A stretch of 32,000 bases of DNA from Acaryochloris marina MBIC11017 (GTDB lineage Bacteria > Cyanobacteriota > Cyanobacteriia > Thermosynechococcales > Thermosynechococcaceae), in the NCBI RefSeq assembly GCF_000018105.1, contig NC_009925.1, positions 2,790,001 through 2,822,000 of the forward strand, written 5' to 3'. Below are positions 1 through 13,623 of the stretch, piece by piece (the stretch's first letter is position 1; every line of letters starts with the position of its first letter). Position numbers and translations under genes: made by a program. The notes beneath the pieces are model-generated. The model was given only the letters and a program-made list of their open reading frames with translations. It searched no databases and had not been told where the DNA came from.

Positions 1-182
1 ATCGTCAGAGACTCATTTCGGGGCATCCTCCAATCACAGTCAACACGGTGCAATACATCCTACTTGCGGTAAACCGTATACGGTCTATTCGGTGTAGTTT
101 TACCCCATCTCTGCGGGTAATCTGCACCAGATTTTTTGAGGTGGGTCTGTGAGAATGAAATCACTGAAGTACAGGACCTTCG

Positions 183-467
183 ATGAAACAACCCTCCTTG
201 TTTAAGCTGTTTCAAGACGCCTTTCGCCAAGGCCTTCGTCATCCAAAATATCGTTGGGCTCTGATCGCTGGCACCTTGTTTTATCTGGTCAGCCCGCTAG
301 ATCTTGCCCCTGACGTATTACCTATCGCAGGTTGGATTGATGACGGTGTACTCGTAACCTTCCTGATTTCTGAAGTCTGTCAGCTGATGTTGGAAAACAA
401 GAAAAACAGCACCTCAGAAGAAACCGTTGCAGCCACGATTGATATTGAAGCCAACCCCGTTGTTTAG
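183..467 (+). CDS. DUF1232 (YkvA-like) small membrane protein
   Basis: ATG at 183. The 94-aa product has the motif LVSPLDLAPDVLPIAGWIDDGVLV, typical of the DUF1232/YkvA family, followed by a hydrophobic segment. Confidence 0.6.
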   Translation: MKQPSLFKLFQDAFRQGLRHPKYRWALIAGTLFYLVSPLDLAPDVLPIAGWIDDGVLVTFLISEVCQLMLENKKNSTSEETVAATIDIEANPVV

Positions 468-510
468 TCGCCCCACCCGTCCCAACTTGCAGCACCGGAG
501 AATTTTACAG

Positions 511-1053
511 ATGGAAATGAATAACAAAGCCCCCATGAACGCCACATTTTCTCAAATTAAAACTGAAAGCGGGACCCGCAGCCAGCGGATTGCCAAGATC
601 CTCAAAGAGGCCTTTACGCAAACGTCAGCAGAATTGAAAGAAGGGTATACCATTGTCCGTCCTCTCGCTGCTGAAATGTCGGCCACGGTCGCTGCAGACT
701 TGCAAGAAAAGCGCCATCAAGCCTCTAGTAATTTCCAAGAGGCTTGGGGTAAAGAAACGGACTCAAAATCAACCTGGGAACGTCTGCAAAGCGTCTTCCA
801 AATGATGGCCAACGTGATTCAAAAGACCCTCACGCCTCCCCTGCAAAAACAGGCCACTCGCGTCGATACGAAATTCACTGACCAGTATGGTGACTCCTAC
901 ACATCTATGAAGCACGGACTCCAGTCTCTGAAGAACTGGTACGTCAATGCCACGGATGCTGCCGACCCTGCTGATTCATCCACCCAGCCCGTTCCTCATG
1001 ACACCGTGACGGTGGATGTGGTCGCCTCCCCTGTAGAGGCTCCAGTTCAGTAA
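511..1053 (+). CDS. hypothetical protein (start chosen at first ATG; the ORF track starts at TTG 427)
   Basis: Long open frame with normal amino-acid composition. The ATG at 511 avoids overlap with the upstream gene. No recognisable motif. Confidence 0.45.
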   Translation: MEMNNKAPMNATFSQIKTESGTRSQRIAKILKEAFTQTSAELKEGYTIVRPLAAEMSATVAADLQEKRHQASSNFQEAWGKETDSKSTWERLQSVFQMMANVIQKTLTPPLQKQATRVDTKFTDQYGDSYTSMKHGLQSLKNWYVNATDAADPADSSTQPVPHDTVTVDVVASPVEAPVQ

Positions 1054-1194
1054 AGCTGTGGGCATGGATTCAGCCCCAAGTCGCTCACTACACTTCCCCC
1101 TCCAGATCTTGAACGGCCTAACTCTGCCGCTAGGATAGAGTTAAGCCTCCCCTCAAGTCTGGAGGGATTTTCTATAATTTCACCGCTGCAAGTT

Positions 1195-1674
1195 ATGTCG
1201 TCCCAGACGCAAGCCTATTCTTTAAAAGAGTTATTGGATATGGCGATTGTGATCGCAACCCAATCCCACATAAACCAAATCGATAAAGCGGGCCAGCCCT
1301 ACATTGATCATCCCCTGCGAGTGATGACAGCGGGCCAGACCCTACCGGAGAAAATCGTGGGCGTACTCCATGATGCCGTGGAAGACTCGGACTTAACCCT
1401 GGCAGAACTAGCAGAGTCCGGATTTCCTAAGGAGATTTTGGCCGCCATTGATGCCATTACCAAGCGCGACCATGAATCTTATGACACCTACTTAGAACGC
1501 GTGATGGCAAATGCGATCGCACTGCGAGTCAAGATTGCCGACATGACGGACAACATGGACATCAGCCGCATTGCTCATCCCACAGCGAAAGACTGGACTC
1601 GACTGGAAAAGTATAAAGCCATCCTGCCGCGCTTACAGCAGCGATTAAAAGACAGCACTCATCCCAGGAATTAA
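1195..1674 (+). CDS. stand-alone HD-domain hydrolase of the RelA/SpoT (p)ppGpp-hydrolase type (small alarmone hydrolase-like)
   Basis: 159 aa with GQPYIDHPLRV ... LHDAVEDS ... KIADMTDNM, i.e. the H...HD...D metal-binding pattern of HD_4/SpoT-type hydrolase domains. There is no synthetase domain. Confidence 0.7.
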   Translation: MSSQTQAYSLKELLDMAIVIATQSHINQIDKAGQPYIDHPLRVMTAGQTLPEKIVGVLHDAVEDSDLTLAELAESGFPKEILAAIDAITKRDHESYDTYLERVMANAIALRVKIADMTDNMDISRIAHPTAKDWTRLEKYKAILPRLQQRLKDSTHPRN

Positions 1675-1781
1675 GACGGCGTAAAGATTGGCAAAGCCAG
1701 TTGCTTCCCCTTCCATCGCGACCAACAATGGAGTTGAACCTTGCAGAGAGCTGTGTCTTGTTAAAGTTATTCCGTGTCTCG

Positions 1782-2123
1782 ATGGCGTTGAGTCGAAAAG
1801 CTGGCTTATGGGTCGGCCTCATACTGATGTGGTTGGGGGTGAATCTTGCCCCGGCCTGGGCTGCCTCTCCTGGGGACGGAGCTGTGCTGTTTGAAACCTA
1901 CTGTGCAGGCTGTCATCCCAAAGGCGGCAATATTATCCGTCGTCGCAAAACTTTAAAACTGAAATCTTTACAGCGAGACGGCTACGACACCCTAGCCCCC
2001 GTCATCAACCTGATTACCCAGGGACAAAACAATATGCCGGGGTTTGCAGACCAGCTCAATGATACGCAAATCGAAACGGTAGCCCAGTTCGTTCTAGAAC
2101 AAGCGAGCAACAATTGGAAATAA
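1782..2123 (+). CDS. petJ: cytochrome c6 family protein (c6-like paralogue)
   Basis: Signal peptide MALSRKAGLWVGLILMWLGVNLAPAWA, haem motif CAGCH, downstream GGNIIRRRKTL and NNMPGF (Met axial ligand), ending WK. An alternative ATG lies at 1728. Confidence 0.75.
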   Translation: MALSRKAGLWVGLILMWLGVNLAPAWAASPGDGAVLFETYCAGCHPKGGNIIRRRKTLKLKSLQRDGYDTLAPVINLITQGQNNMPGFADQLNDTQIETVAQFVLEQASNNWK

Positions 2124-2147
2124 CCCCCTAGAATCAGGAGCAGACGC

Positions 2148-2726
2148 TTGGACACCATCAAAATAGCCACTCCAGCAGATGCCGAAAATTGTCTGGCGAC
2201 CCTTACCTTGGCATTCTGCAATGATCCAGCGATTCGGTGGATGTTCCCACAGCCCTCGCAATATGCGCAAGGTTTACCCCTATTTGCTCAAGCATTTGGA
2301 GGTGCGGCCTTTCAGCAGGCCACCGCGTTTTATACAGTAGGCTTTGAAGCAGTGGCCCTGTGGCTCCCCCCAAACACTCAGCCCGATGAAGCAGCCCTGA
2401 TGGCATTAATTCAGCAAGGCGTTGAGGAAAGCAAACAGCCCGCCCTTGCCTCTATTTTAGAACAGCTCAGCGGGCACCATCCTCAAGAGCTCCATTGGCA
2501 TTTAGCGATGATCGGCACCGATCCTATCTGTCAGGGACAGGGCTATGGTTCTGCATTGCTGGCTCACACTCTCGCGACCTGCGATCAGCAGAGAAATTTA
2601 GTGTATCTAGAAGCCACCAATGATCGTAATGTCGCTCTTTATCAAAAACATGGTTTTGAAGTTTTGGGTACTGTTCAAGCCGAGAACTCACCAACGCTCT
2701 ATCCCATGCTTCGGCACCCGCAATAA
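2148..2726 (+). CDS. GNAT family N-acetyltransferase
   Basis: 192 aa with TTG start. Acetyl-CoA-binding type motif QGQGYGSALLAH and C-terminal ALYQKHGFEVLG. Confidence 0.7.
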   Translation: MDTIKIATPADAENCLATLTLAFCNDPAIRWMFPQPSQYAQGLPLFAQAFGGAAFQQATAFYTVGFEAVALWLPPNTQPDEAALMALIQQGVEESKQPALASILEQLSGHHPQELHWHLAMIGTDPICQGQGYGSALLAHTLATCDQQRNLVYLEATNDRNVALYQKHGFEVLGTVQAENSPTLYPMLRHPQ

Positions 2727-2765
2727 CCTCTATAATTAATCTTCCCCCTAGCCAGGAGTGTTATC

Positions 2766-3488
2766 ATGCCTACCCTTGGTGTCAATATCGATCATGTGGC
2801 GACGATTCGCCAAGCCCGTCGCACTGTGGAACCGGATCCCGTCGCGGCAGCCGTATTAGCTGAATTAGCGGGAGCCGATGGTATAACAGTCCATTTACGA
2901 GAAGATCGGCGGCATATTCAGGATCGAGATGTCGAGGTACTGCGGAAAACGGTTCGTACCCATTTGAATTTGGAAATGGCGGCGACAGCAGAAATGGTTG
3001 AAATCGCACTTCGTATCCAACCGGATTATGTCACCCTAGTGCCGGAAAAGCGGGAGGAAGTGACCACGGAAGGAGGGCTAGATGTCATTGGTCAGCAAAC
3101 CCATATGGCGGATGTGGTCCAGACCTTACAAGCCGCTAATATTCCCGTCAGTCTGTTTATTGATGCTGATGCTGCCCAGATTGAAGCAGCCGCTCAGGTG
3201 CAGGCCAAGTTTATTGAACTGCATACGGGGACTTACGCTGAAGCCAAGGGTGAGGCCCAGCAGACCCAGGAGTTGGACGTGTTGAAACAGGGATGTGATC
3301 GCGCCGCTGCATTAGGGCTACGAGTCAATGCAGGACATGGTTTGACCTATTGGAATACCTATCCTGTGGCCTGTCTACCGGGGATGGAAGAACTGAATAT
3401 TGGCCACACGATTATTAGTCGGTCGGTGTTGGTGGGTTTGGAACGAGCCGTGCGGGAAATGAAGGACGTGATTGCGGGTCGAGGTTAG
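2766..3488 (+). CDS. pdxJ: pyridoxine 5'-phosphate synthase
   Basis: N-terminus [34 protein letters not shown] and NAGHGL are hallmark PdxJ motifs. AGGAG lies upstream of the ATG. Length of 240 aa is typical. Confidence 0.93.
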   Translation: MPTLGVNIDHVATIRQARRTVEPDPVAAAVLAELAGADGITVHLREDRRHIQDRDVEVLRKTVRTHLNLEMAATAEMVEIALRIQPDYVTLVPEKREEVTTEGGLDVIGQQTHMADVVQTLQAANIPVSLFIDADAAQIEAAAQVQAKFIELHTGTYAEAKGEAQQTQELDVLKQGCDRAAALGLRVNAGHGLTYWNTYPVACLPGMEELNIGHTIISRSVLVGLERAVREMKDVIAGRG

Positions 3489-3492
3489 GTTT

Positions 3493-3533
3493 GCAGCAGT
3501 TGCTGAGCGGAGGTAATCAGCTGCTGCGTTTTT
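3493..3533 (+). terminator. rho-independent terminator of pdxJ
   Basis: GCAGCAG(ttg)CTGA - 10-nt loop - TCAGCTGCTGC followed by GTTTTT, starting 5 nt after the pdxJ stop. Confidence 0.7.
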
Positions 3534-3685
3534 CCGATATCCAATTGGCCTTGGTGGTTCAGGGGAACGGCAACATCTGGAGAAAGCCTGCGGCGATAAG
3601 AGGAAGCTGGTGATTGAGGTACTGGGCATAGGTGAGGACCACCTCTAGCCGCTCCTATTCACGAATAAAGCCTCTCTCCCCGAAC

Positions 3686-8107
<4,422 letters not shown>

Positions 8108-8417
8108 TCATAAATACGCACATCAGACCTTAGGCGTTGAGTTTCCAAATCACCGATCTTCGATTGACCCATGATTTGCCCCATAGCAATCATTTGGCAA
8201 GAGTCGCTAACCGATTGGAAAGCTGTGGGGTTAACGAGATGGCAACTCCCGTCGCTATTATGGGGCACCTGCAATTCACCCAATTCCAAAGCCAACACTC
8301 CTCTTTAGGCTTGTTCCTACCCACCAATCGGCAAGAACTATACTGGACCTAATTACTCTCTAAACGTTGATCCATGTAGTACTCAGTTAAAATTCCAGGC
8401 TTAGGAATATCGCGAAA

Positions 8418-8978
8418 ATGACCGTCCAAATTCTGCGAAAAAAATTCACGATAGGACAGTATCACCAGATGATTGAGTCTGGCATTTTGACTGACCGGGA
8501 CCATGTAGAACTTATTCAGGGAGAAATCATTGAAAAGTCGCCCGTTGACAGACACCATGCCGCCTGCGTCGATCGACTGACTGAGCTATTAGTCTTAAAG
8601 CTATTCCGCAAAGCGTTGATTCGAGTCCAAAGCCCCATTCTCCTGAGTGATAACTCCGAACCACAGCCGGATCTTTCTATCCTGCAACGGAGAGAAGACT
8701 TTTATCATGCAGGACATCCCACACCTAACAATATTTTTGCCCTGGTAGAAGTGTCCGATAGCACCATCGAGTTTGACCGGGATGTGAAGGTTCCTATCTA
8801 CGCTCAAGAACAAATTCCTGAGATTTGGCTAGTTAACCTCAACAATACCCAGATTGAGCGCTATCATCAGCCCATTGCGAACACCTATCAACACCGGCAA
8901 ATCTTTAATCTAGAAGAAACGCTTAACTTTCAAGCCTTCCCTGATGTACCTATCGAGGTACATCAAATCTTCAGATAG
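8418..8978 (+). CDS. Uma2 family (DUF820) PD-(D/E)xK-type putative endonuclease
   Basis: FTIGQYHQMIESGIL....VELIQGEI, PDLSIL, VEVSDST...D..VKVPIYA and IPEIWLVNL are the signature blocks of the Uma2 family, which is highly expanded in cyanobacteria. Confidence 0.85.
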   Translation: MTVQILRKKFTIGQYHQMIESGILTDRDHVELIQGEIIEKSPVDRHHAACVDRLTELLVLKLFRKALIRVQSPILLSDNSEPQPDLSILQRREDFYHAGHPTPNNIFALVEVSDSTIEFDRDVKVPIYAQEQIPEIWLVNLNNTQIERYHQPIANTYQHRQIFNLEETLNFQAFPDVPIEVHQIFR

Positions 8979-9310
8979 GAGTAGATGAGTTCCATCCACC
9001 CCATCCCACTGCTTTATGGGGCCTACACGTTGGGGCATAAATGGCATCGTCAAAGATGAAATGCTGAGCTGAACAGACTTGATAGAATGACTGGCAAATA
9101 ACACCTGTCCCTTACCCCAAGCACCAGAAATTGATTCATTGCCATAGAGCAGTTCTCGATCACGGTGTTTGCCCTGAACCAAACCACGAACCCCACTCAT
9201 GAGACATTAGCGCTGTGCAAAATACATCCATCTATGCAACAGCGTTATTATCTTCTCAGGCAACCTGGAACTTTTATGGTGATAGCATCTCAGCAGAAAC
9301 CCCATAGATT

Positions 9311-9715
9311 ATGCCCCATATCCCTTCCCTAACCCAGGTGCAATTAGAAATTCTCCGTCTTGCGAAAGAGAATGATGGTGAAGCGCTTCAACTAGCCTTT
9401 GAGTCCCCCGTCATGGGTCAAGGGGAACCCCCTAGCCATCACCCTCCTTTAATGCAGGAGATGATTGATCTAGGTCTGCTCGAAGTGCAATCCAGTCGGG
9501 TCTATTGCGATACGTCTCGCTTTCAAAGAGATTGCTGGTTTGAATACTGCGCCAATTTAGAGTTGCCATCCATCTATGCTTGGGAATTATGGCGACAAGA
9601 ATTTATTGAGAACCAGGAAGGTTCAACCACACTGATTACGCCTGGAGAGGAATTTGAAGACTTTAGCTATGTGTGGGTACAAAAAATGATATTTCGGGCC
9701 GTTCAACCCGGCTAA
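9311..9715 (+). CDS. hypothetical protein
   Basis: 134-aa ORF with ATG start and ordinary composition. No recognisable motif. Confidence 0.45.
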   Translation: MPHIPSLTQVQLEILRLAKENDGEALQLAFESPVMGQGEPPSHHPPLMQEMIDLGLLEVQSSRVYCDTSRFQRDCWFEYCANLELPSIYAWELWRQEFIENQEGSTTLITPGEEFEDFSYVWVQKMIFRAVQPG

Positions 9716-9858
9716 CCCTGGGATTAAAATGTAGGGCAACAACATTGCAGAGGGAGATTCAATGCGCCGTAACCCCGCCCATTTCTATCTCACTGGGGCA
9801 CTAGCTGCTGTCCTCCTCAGCATGAGATCAGGGAATCGTAAACCTTCCACCCTTGGCA

Positions 9859-10230
9859 ATGGCCGCCCCAAATCCTCATTACTCAGCAGCTATTTCTCGC
9901 CTAGAACAAGAAGATGTCCCAGGAGCAATGAGCGCACTGAATCAAGCGCTCCAGCTAAACCCCTCTTTGGCAGAAGCCTACACGCTCAGAGGAATTCTTT
10001 TGATGAGCAAGAAGCAATTTCAGCCAGCATCTGATGATTTTGCTCAAGTGACTCGGCTGCAGCCCAACAGCGTAGAAGCTCATATCCATCTTGCCCAAAG
10101 TCAAATGGCTTTCAAAGATTTTCAAGGAGCATTACAATCCGCAACCACCGCTAATCACCTGGATCCGCAGAACCAAGCAGCAGCTCTCTTGGTACAAATG
10201 ATTCCCCATCTAGCTCAACCATCCCCATAG
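9859..10230 (+). CDS. TPR-repeat protein (possibly the 3' part of a frameshifted gene that starts at 9762)
   Basis: Three TPR-like units (ALNQALQLNPSLAEAYTLRG..., DFAQVTRLQPNSVEAHIHLA..., ALQSATTANHLDPQN). There is no SD before ATG 9859, whereas a good GGGAGA SD precedes ATG 9762 in another frame. Confidence 0.55.
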   Translation: MAAPNPHYSAAISRLEQEDVPGAMSALNQALQLNPSLAEAYTLRGILLMSKKQFQPASDDFAQVTRLQPNSVEAHIHLAQSQMAFKDFQGALQSATTANHLDPQNQAAALLVQMIPHLAQPSP

Positions 10231-10448
10231 TTCAACCTTTTCCAGTCAAGACCAAGCTTGGCACTATCATTCTTACCAGGCTGAAATATTCTGGAGCCTT
10301 GGGCATTTCGGGGAGGCCCACTCTAGCATCTTGATTCTTAAAGAGATACCTGAACTTTCCTGAACAAATCGGGATTTTATCTGCTGAGTCATTCCGCGAT
10401 AGTGGGGTCAAGTTAAACAACTCACTTCACTTAACAAGGAATCCAACG

Positions 10449-10727
10449 ATGATGAAATTTCAAAGCGCTCCTACCAAAGCTCTACTGAGTGCAGGTCTAT
10501 TTTCTTTTTGCCTAGTGACCACTACCACGCAAAAAGCGATGGCTAAAACTGCCTCTCTCCCAGATCCCTTGACGACCGTGGCGACTGCTCCCTCTTTGAA
10601 GCAAACACTCCCCTTAGACATGAGTATTAAGCCTGAACCTTATGAAGCTGAACAGCAATTGCAGCAAGAGGTTGTGTTCCTTAGTCCTTTTCGATGGTAT
10701 CGAAGGTTCCGTCGTATTTTTGGGTAA
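10449..10727 (+). CDS. small secreted hypothetical protein
   Basis: 92 aa. N-terminal signal peptide ...LFSFCLVTTTTQKAMA / KT and a basic C-terminus RWYRRFRRIFG. Confidence 0.45.
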   Translation: MMKFQSAPTKALLSAGLFSFCLVTTTTQKAMAKTASLPDPLTTVATAPSLKQTLPLDMSIKPEPYEAEQQLQQEVVFLSPFRWYRRFRRIFG

Positions 10728-10741
10728 ATCTTTTAGGGACA

Positions 10742-10787
10742 ACTTGCCGTAAGAGAACGCATACATTTGCATTCTCTTACAGCAAGT
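10742..10787 (+). terminator. long imperfect hairpin downstream of the 10449..10727 gene (possible terminator)
   Basis: 20-nt arms (ACTTGCCGTAAGAGAACGCA / TGCATTCTCTTACAGCAAGT) with two C-A mismatches and a 6-nt loop. No clear U-tract follows. Confidence 0.35.
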
Positions 10788-10877
10788 TGCGATAGTACTC
10801 TAGATAAAGAGTGAATGTTTGCCCCTAATATTTCAAGCTCAACCTAGAAGCGTTCACTCACCCTTAACGATTCTGGA

Positions 10878-11414
10878 ATGACCTTTAGTGAGATTAATGT
10901 AATGGGCAAAAAGCTCTTTAGTCCTGGTGAAATTGTTGAAGAAAGCGGCCAATATCCTGTGGTTGGTCCTAGAGGTGGAGACAAAGGCTACGAAGTGGCG
11001 GCTGTCAAAGGTGAACCCTTTCCATCTCTGCCTGAGAAGGGATGGGGATTTGATGCACCTCGTTTAACCCAACCCAGCGAGAGCAATTCCAGCACAGCGA
11101 TTGTTGAATATACCCCCCCCGAACTCCCGAATCATCGTCCTATTGTTGCCGGGAATCTGGCTTTAGTCCCCTCCGAGACCTTACCCGGTGGCCGTCCTAT
11201 TCTAGTCGGCACCCGTCAGGTGATTAGCTTTGAGAATTTACCGCAGCATCGTCCCGTCTTTCAAAGTGAGTTGAACATAGTAGCGATGCATGGCAACCGT
11301 CCGGTGATTAGCTTAGATTCATCCCTCACGCCCTCCGCTTCTTTACCTGGCAATCGCCCTATTGCCGAGAACAGTTCTTCCCCAAGCGGGACATTGATGG
11401 GTTACTTGGATTAA
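10878..11414 (+). CDS. protein with a YjzC-like N-terminal domain and five ~19-aa LPxxRP(I/V) repeats
   Basis: N-terminus GEIVEESGQYPVVGPRGGDKGYEVAAVKGEPFPSLPEKGWGF resembles the YjzC-like small-protein pattern. Repeats are LPNHRPI, LPGGRPI, LPQHRPV, HGNRPV and LPGNRPI at ~19-aa spacing (nt 11124..11363). An alternative ATG lies at 10902. Confidence 0.6.
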   Translation: MTFSEINVMGKKLFSPGEIVEESGQYPVVGPRGGDKGYEVAAVKGEPFPSLPEKGWGFDAPRLTQPSESNSSTAIVEYTPPELPNHRPIVAGNLALVPSETLPGGRPILVGTRQVISFENLPQHRPVFQSELNIVAMHGNRPVISLDSSLTPSASLPGNRPIAENSSSPSGTLMGYLD

Positions 11415-11632
11415 TGGCGTGTCTGATTGGACGTCCGCAGTCACGCTAGCAGACTGGTCTCTCAACACATTACCCATGCTAACGAGAGAGGCCATCTTAA
11501 TATCTGGCATCGCTCTGGCATTCATTCACACTCTCTAAAAAACCATTTGAAATCAGTTATTAATTGTCGCCTTCCCTTTCAGCTGCCCTGCAGATCAGTA
11601 AGATAGATAGGATCTGAGTTAGCCGTTCCTGT

Positions 11633-13417
11633 ATGTTGCTGTCCCTGCGCATCGAAAATTTTGCCCTGATCGACACCTTAGATCTGACCTTTACGGATGG
11701 ATTGAACGTGCTGACGGGAGAAACCGGAGCCGGGAAGTCTATCTTGCTGGATGCCATCGACTTGATCTTAGGAGGCAAAGCTCTCAGCTCCATGCTACGC
11801 ACAGGGGAATCTCGCACCTTACTAGAAGCCAGTTTTAGTCTCACCCCCAACCTCAATACTTGGCTTGCAGACACCGACATTGATCCCTTAGATGACTTGC
11901 TAGTGTGCAGTCGCGAAATTTCGACTCAAAACACCTTACGTAGCCGCTTCCGGGTCAACGGCGTCGTCGTTAACAAACAGCAGGTTGCTCAACTCCGTGA
12001 ACAACTGATCGAAGTTACCGCCCAAGGACAGGCCGTGCAGCTCGGTCGGGCCGATCGTCAGCGTCAGTGCTTAGATGGCTTTGGGGGAGAGCCGCTTCTC
12101 AAACAGCGGCAGCAAGTAACGAAGGCTTTTGCCCGCTGGCAAAACATCACCACAGAACTCAATACCTTCCGCCAAAACGAGCAGCAGCGCCTTCAGAATA
12201 TTGATCTGCTCCGGTATCAACTGCAAGAGTTAGATGCGGCCAATCTGTCTGACCCCAACGAGCAAACGAATCTAGAACAAGAACTGCAACGTCTAAGCCA
12301 TAGCGTTGAACTCGAACAACAAAGCTATCAGGTGTATCAGCTCCTCTATGAACAGGACCAGGGCGACGCCTGTGGCGACTTACTGGGCCAAGCTGAATCA
12401 GTCTTAATAGATATGAGCCAGTACGATTCGCAGTTAGAGCCCATCCTCGAACTAGTACAGCAGGCCCTGACCCAGGTGCAAGAAGCTGGCTCACTCATCA
12501 ATGCCTACGGCAATACGGTTGAAACGGATCCTGAACAGCTTCAATCTGTAGAAGCCCGGCTGATGGAGCTAAAACAGATTTGTCGCAAGTATGGGCCGAG
12601 TTTAGAAGATGCGATCGCACATCACCAAACCATTCAATCCCAATATGCAGACCTGACAGGCGAAGGCCAATCCTTAGAAGAGCTAGAGCAGACCGCAGCC
12701 GAGTATAAAGCTAAGCTCCAGCAAGCCTGTGCCAAGTTAACCGCCCTGCGCCAAAAAGCAGCCCAACAGTTAGAATCCCGCATCTTGCAGGAACTCAAGC
12801 CCCTCGCCTTAGATAAGGTGCAATTTCAGGTGGGATTACAGTCCATCTCTCCTACCCAACATGGCGCGGATCAAATCCAGTTTCTCTTTAGCGCCAACCC
12901 CGGTGAAGCCCTACAGCCCCTATCTGAATCCGCCTCAGGGGGTGAAATGAGTCGGTTCTTATTGGCTCTTAAAGCCTGTTTTTCCCAAGGAGAAGGCGTG
13001 GGCACCCTGATTTTTGATGAAATTGACGCTGGGGTCTCAGGACATGTGGCCCAGGCCATTGCCACTAAGCTATACCACCTCAGCCAGAACCATCAGGTGC
13101 TCTGCGTTACTCACCAACCCATGATTGCTGCCATGGCCGATGCCCATTTTCAGGTGCAAAAACAGGTGGTCATGCAGGGCGCAAAATCAGCCCGCACCAA
13201 AACCGCTGAGCGGACAGTGGTACAGGTCACTTCCTTAGATGACCAACAGCGACGACAAGAATTAGCAGAAATAGCTGGGGGCCAAACTACTCAGCAGGCC
13301 CTTACTTTCGTGGATTCACTCTTGCAGCAGGCGGGACAAGTACGCCAAAGCTATGCCAACGGCAAAACCGCAACCCAGTCGAAAAAAGCCAAAAAACGGG
13401 CTGTTAACTCTGCTTAG
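11633..13417 (+). CDS. recN: DNA repair protein RecN
   Basis: N-terminus LRIENFALID.L.L.F..GLNVLTGETGAGKSILLDAI (Walker A), long central coiled coil, C-terminal SGGEMSR signature and LIFDEIDAGVSG Walker B. Confidence 0.93.
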   Translation: MLLSLRIENFALIDTLDLTFTDGLNVLTGETGAGKSILLDAIDLILGGKALSSMLRTGESRTLLEASFSLTPNLNTWLADTDIDPLDDLLVCSREISTQNTLRSRFRVNGVVVNKQQVAQLREQLIEVTAQGQAVQLGRADRQRQCLDGFGGEPLLKQRQQVTKAFARWQNITTELNTFRQNEQQRLQNIDLLRYQLQELDAANLSDPNEQTNLEQELQRLSHSVELEQQSYQVYQLLYEQDQGDACGDLLGQAESVLIDMSQYDSQLEPILELVQQALTQVQEAGSLINAYGNTVETDPEQLQSVEARLMELKQICRKYGPSLEDAIAHHQTIQSQYADLTGEGQSLEELEQTAAEYKAKLQQACAKLTALRQKAAQQLESRILQELKPLALDKVQFQVGLQSISPTQHGADQIQFLFSANPGEALQPLSESASGGEMSRFLLALKACFSQGEGVGTLIFDEIDAGVSGHVAQAIATKLYHLSQNHQVLCVTHQPMIAAMADAHFQVQKQVVMQGAKSARTKTAERTVVQVTSLDDQQRRQELAEIAGGQTTQQALTFVDSLLQQAGQVRQSYANGKTATQSKKAKKRAVNSA

Positions 13418-13623
13418 TTCTGTATCAGGGGCCTAGACGCTCGTAACGAAAGTGCCCCATCTGTAACGGCTATGAGTCTTTATGCCTGCATTCAGGGCAC
13501 TTTAAAGATACGAACCCGCTGCCAATTTTTACGTGTAACTTTCCCCCGCTAAGCCCAAAGAAAACACTCTTTTGGGTTTACAAATCGACCGATGTTTTCA
13601 CTATCTTCTGTCGCTGAATCTTC

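Noticed and set aside
60-242. 60-aa minus-strand ORF at the window start
   Set aside because: It overlaps the start of the well-supported DUF1232 gene, is basic with an odd composition, and has no motif. It is probably a shadow ORF. A possible minus-strand gene start at about nt 26 running off the window cannot be evaluated.
3375-3629. 84-aa minus ORF downstream of the STAND gene, considered as a possible partner gene
   Set aside because: It overlaps the 3' end of pdxJ and its terminator hairpin. The composition looks like noise and no motif is present.
8131-8141. 11-nt identity (TTAGGCGTTGA) between 8131..8141 and 16660..16670
   Set aside because: Hundreds of 11-mer coincidences are expected in a 32-kb window on two strands, and the flanks do not match.
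8910-9200. 96-aa minus ORF (MSGVRGLVQGKHRDRELLYGNE...) converging on Uma2
   Set aside because: It would overlap the Uma2 3' end by 69 nt and I cannot place it in any family. It might be a gene remnant, but there is not enough evidence to call it.
13449-13503. 9-bp inverted repeat AAAGTGCCC...GGGCACTTT with a 37-nt spacer downstream of recN
   Set aside because: It could be a long hairpin or terminator, but no U-tract follows and the interior pairing is unclear. The evidence is too weak to call.
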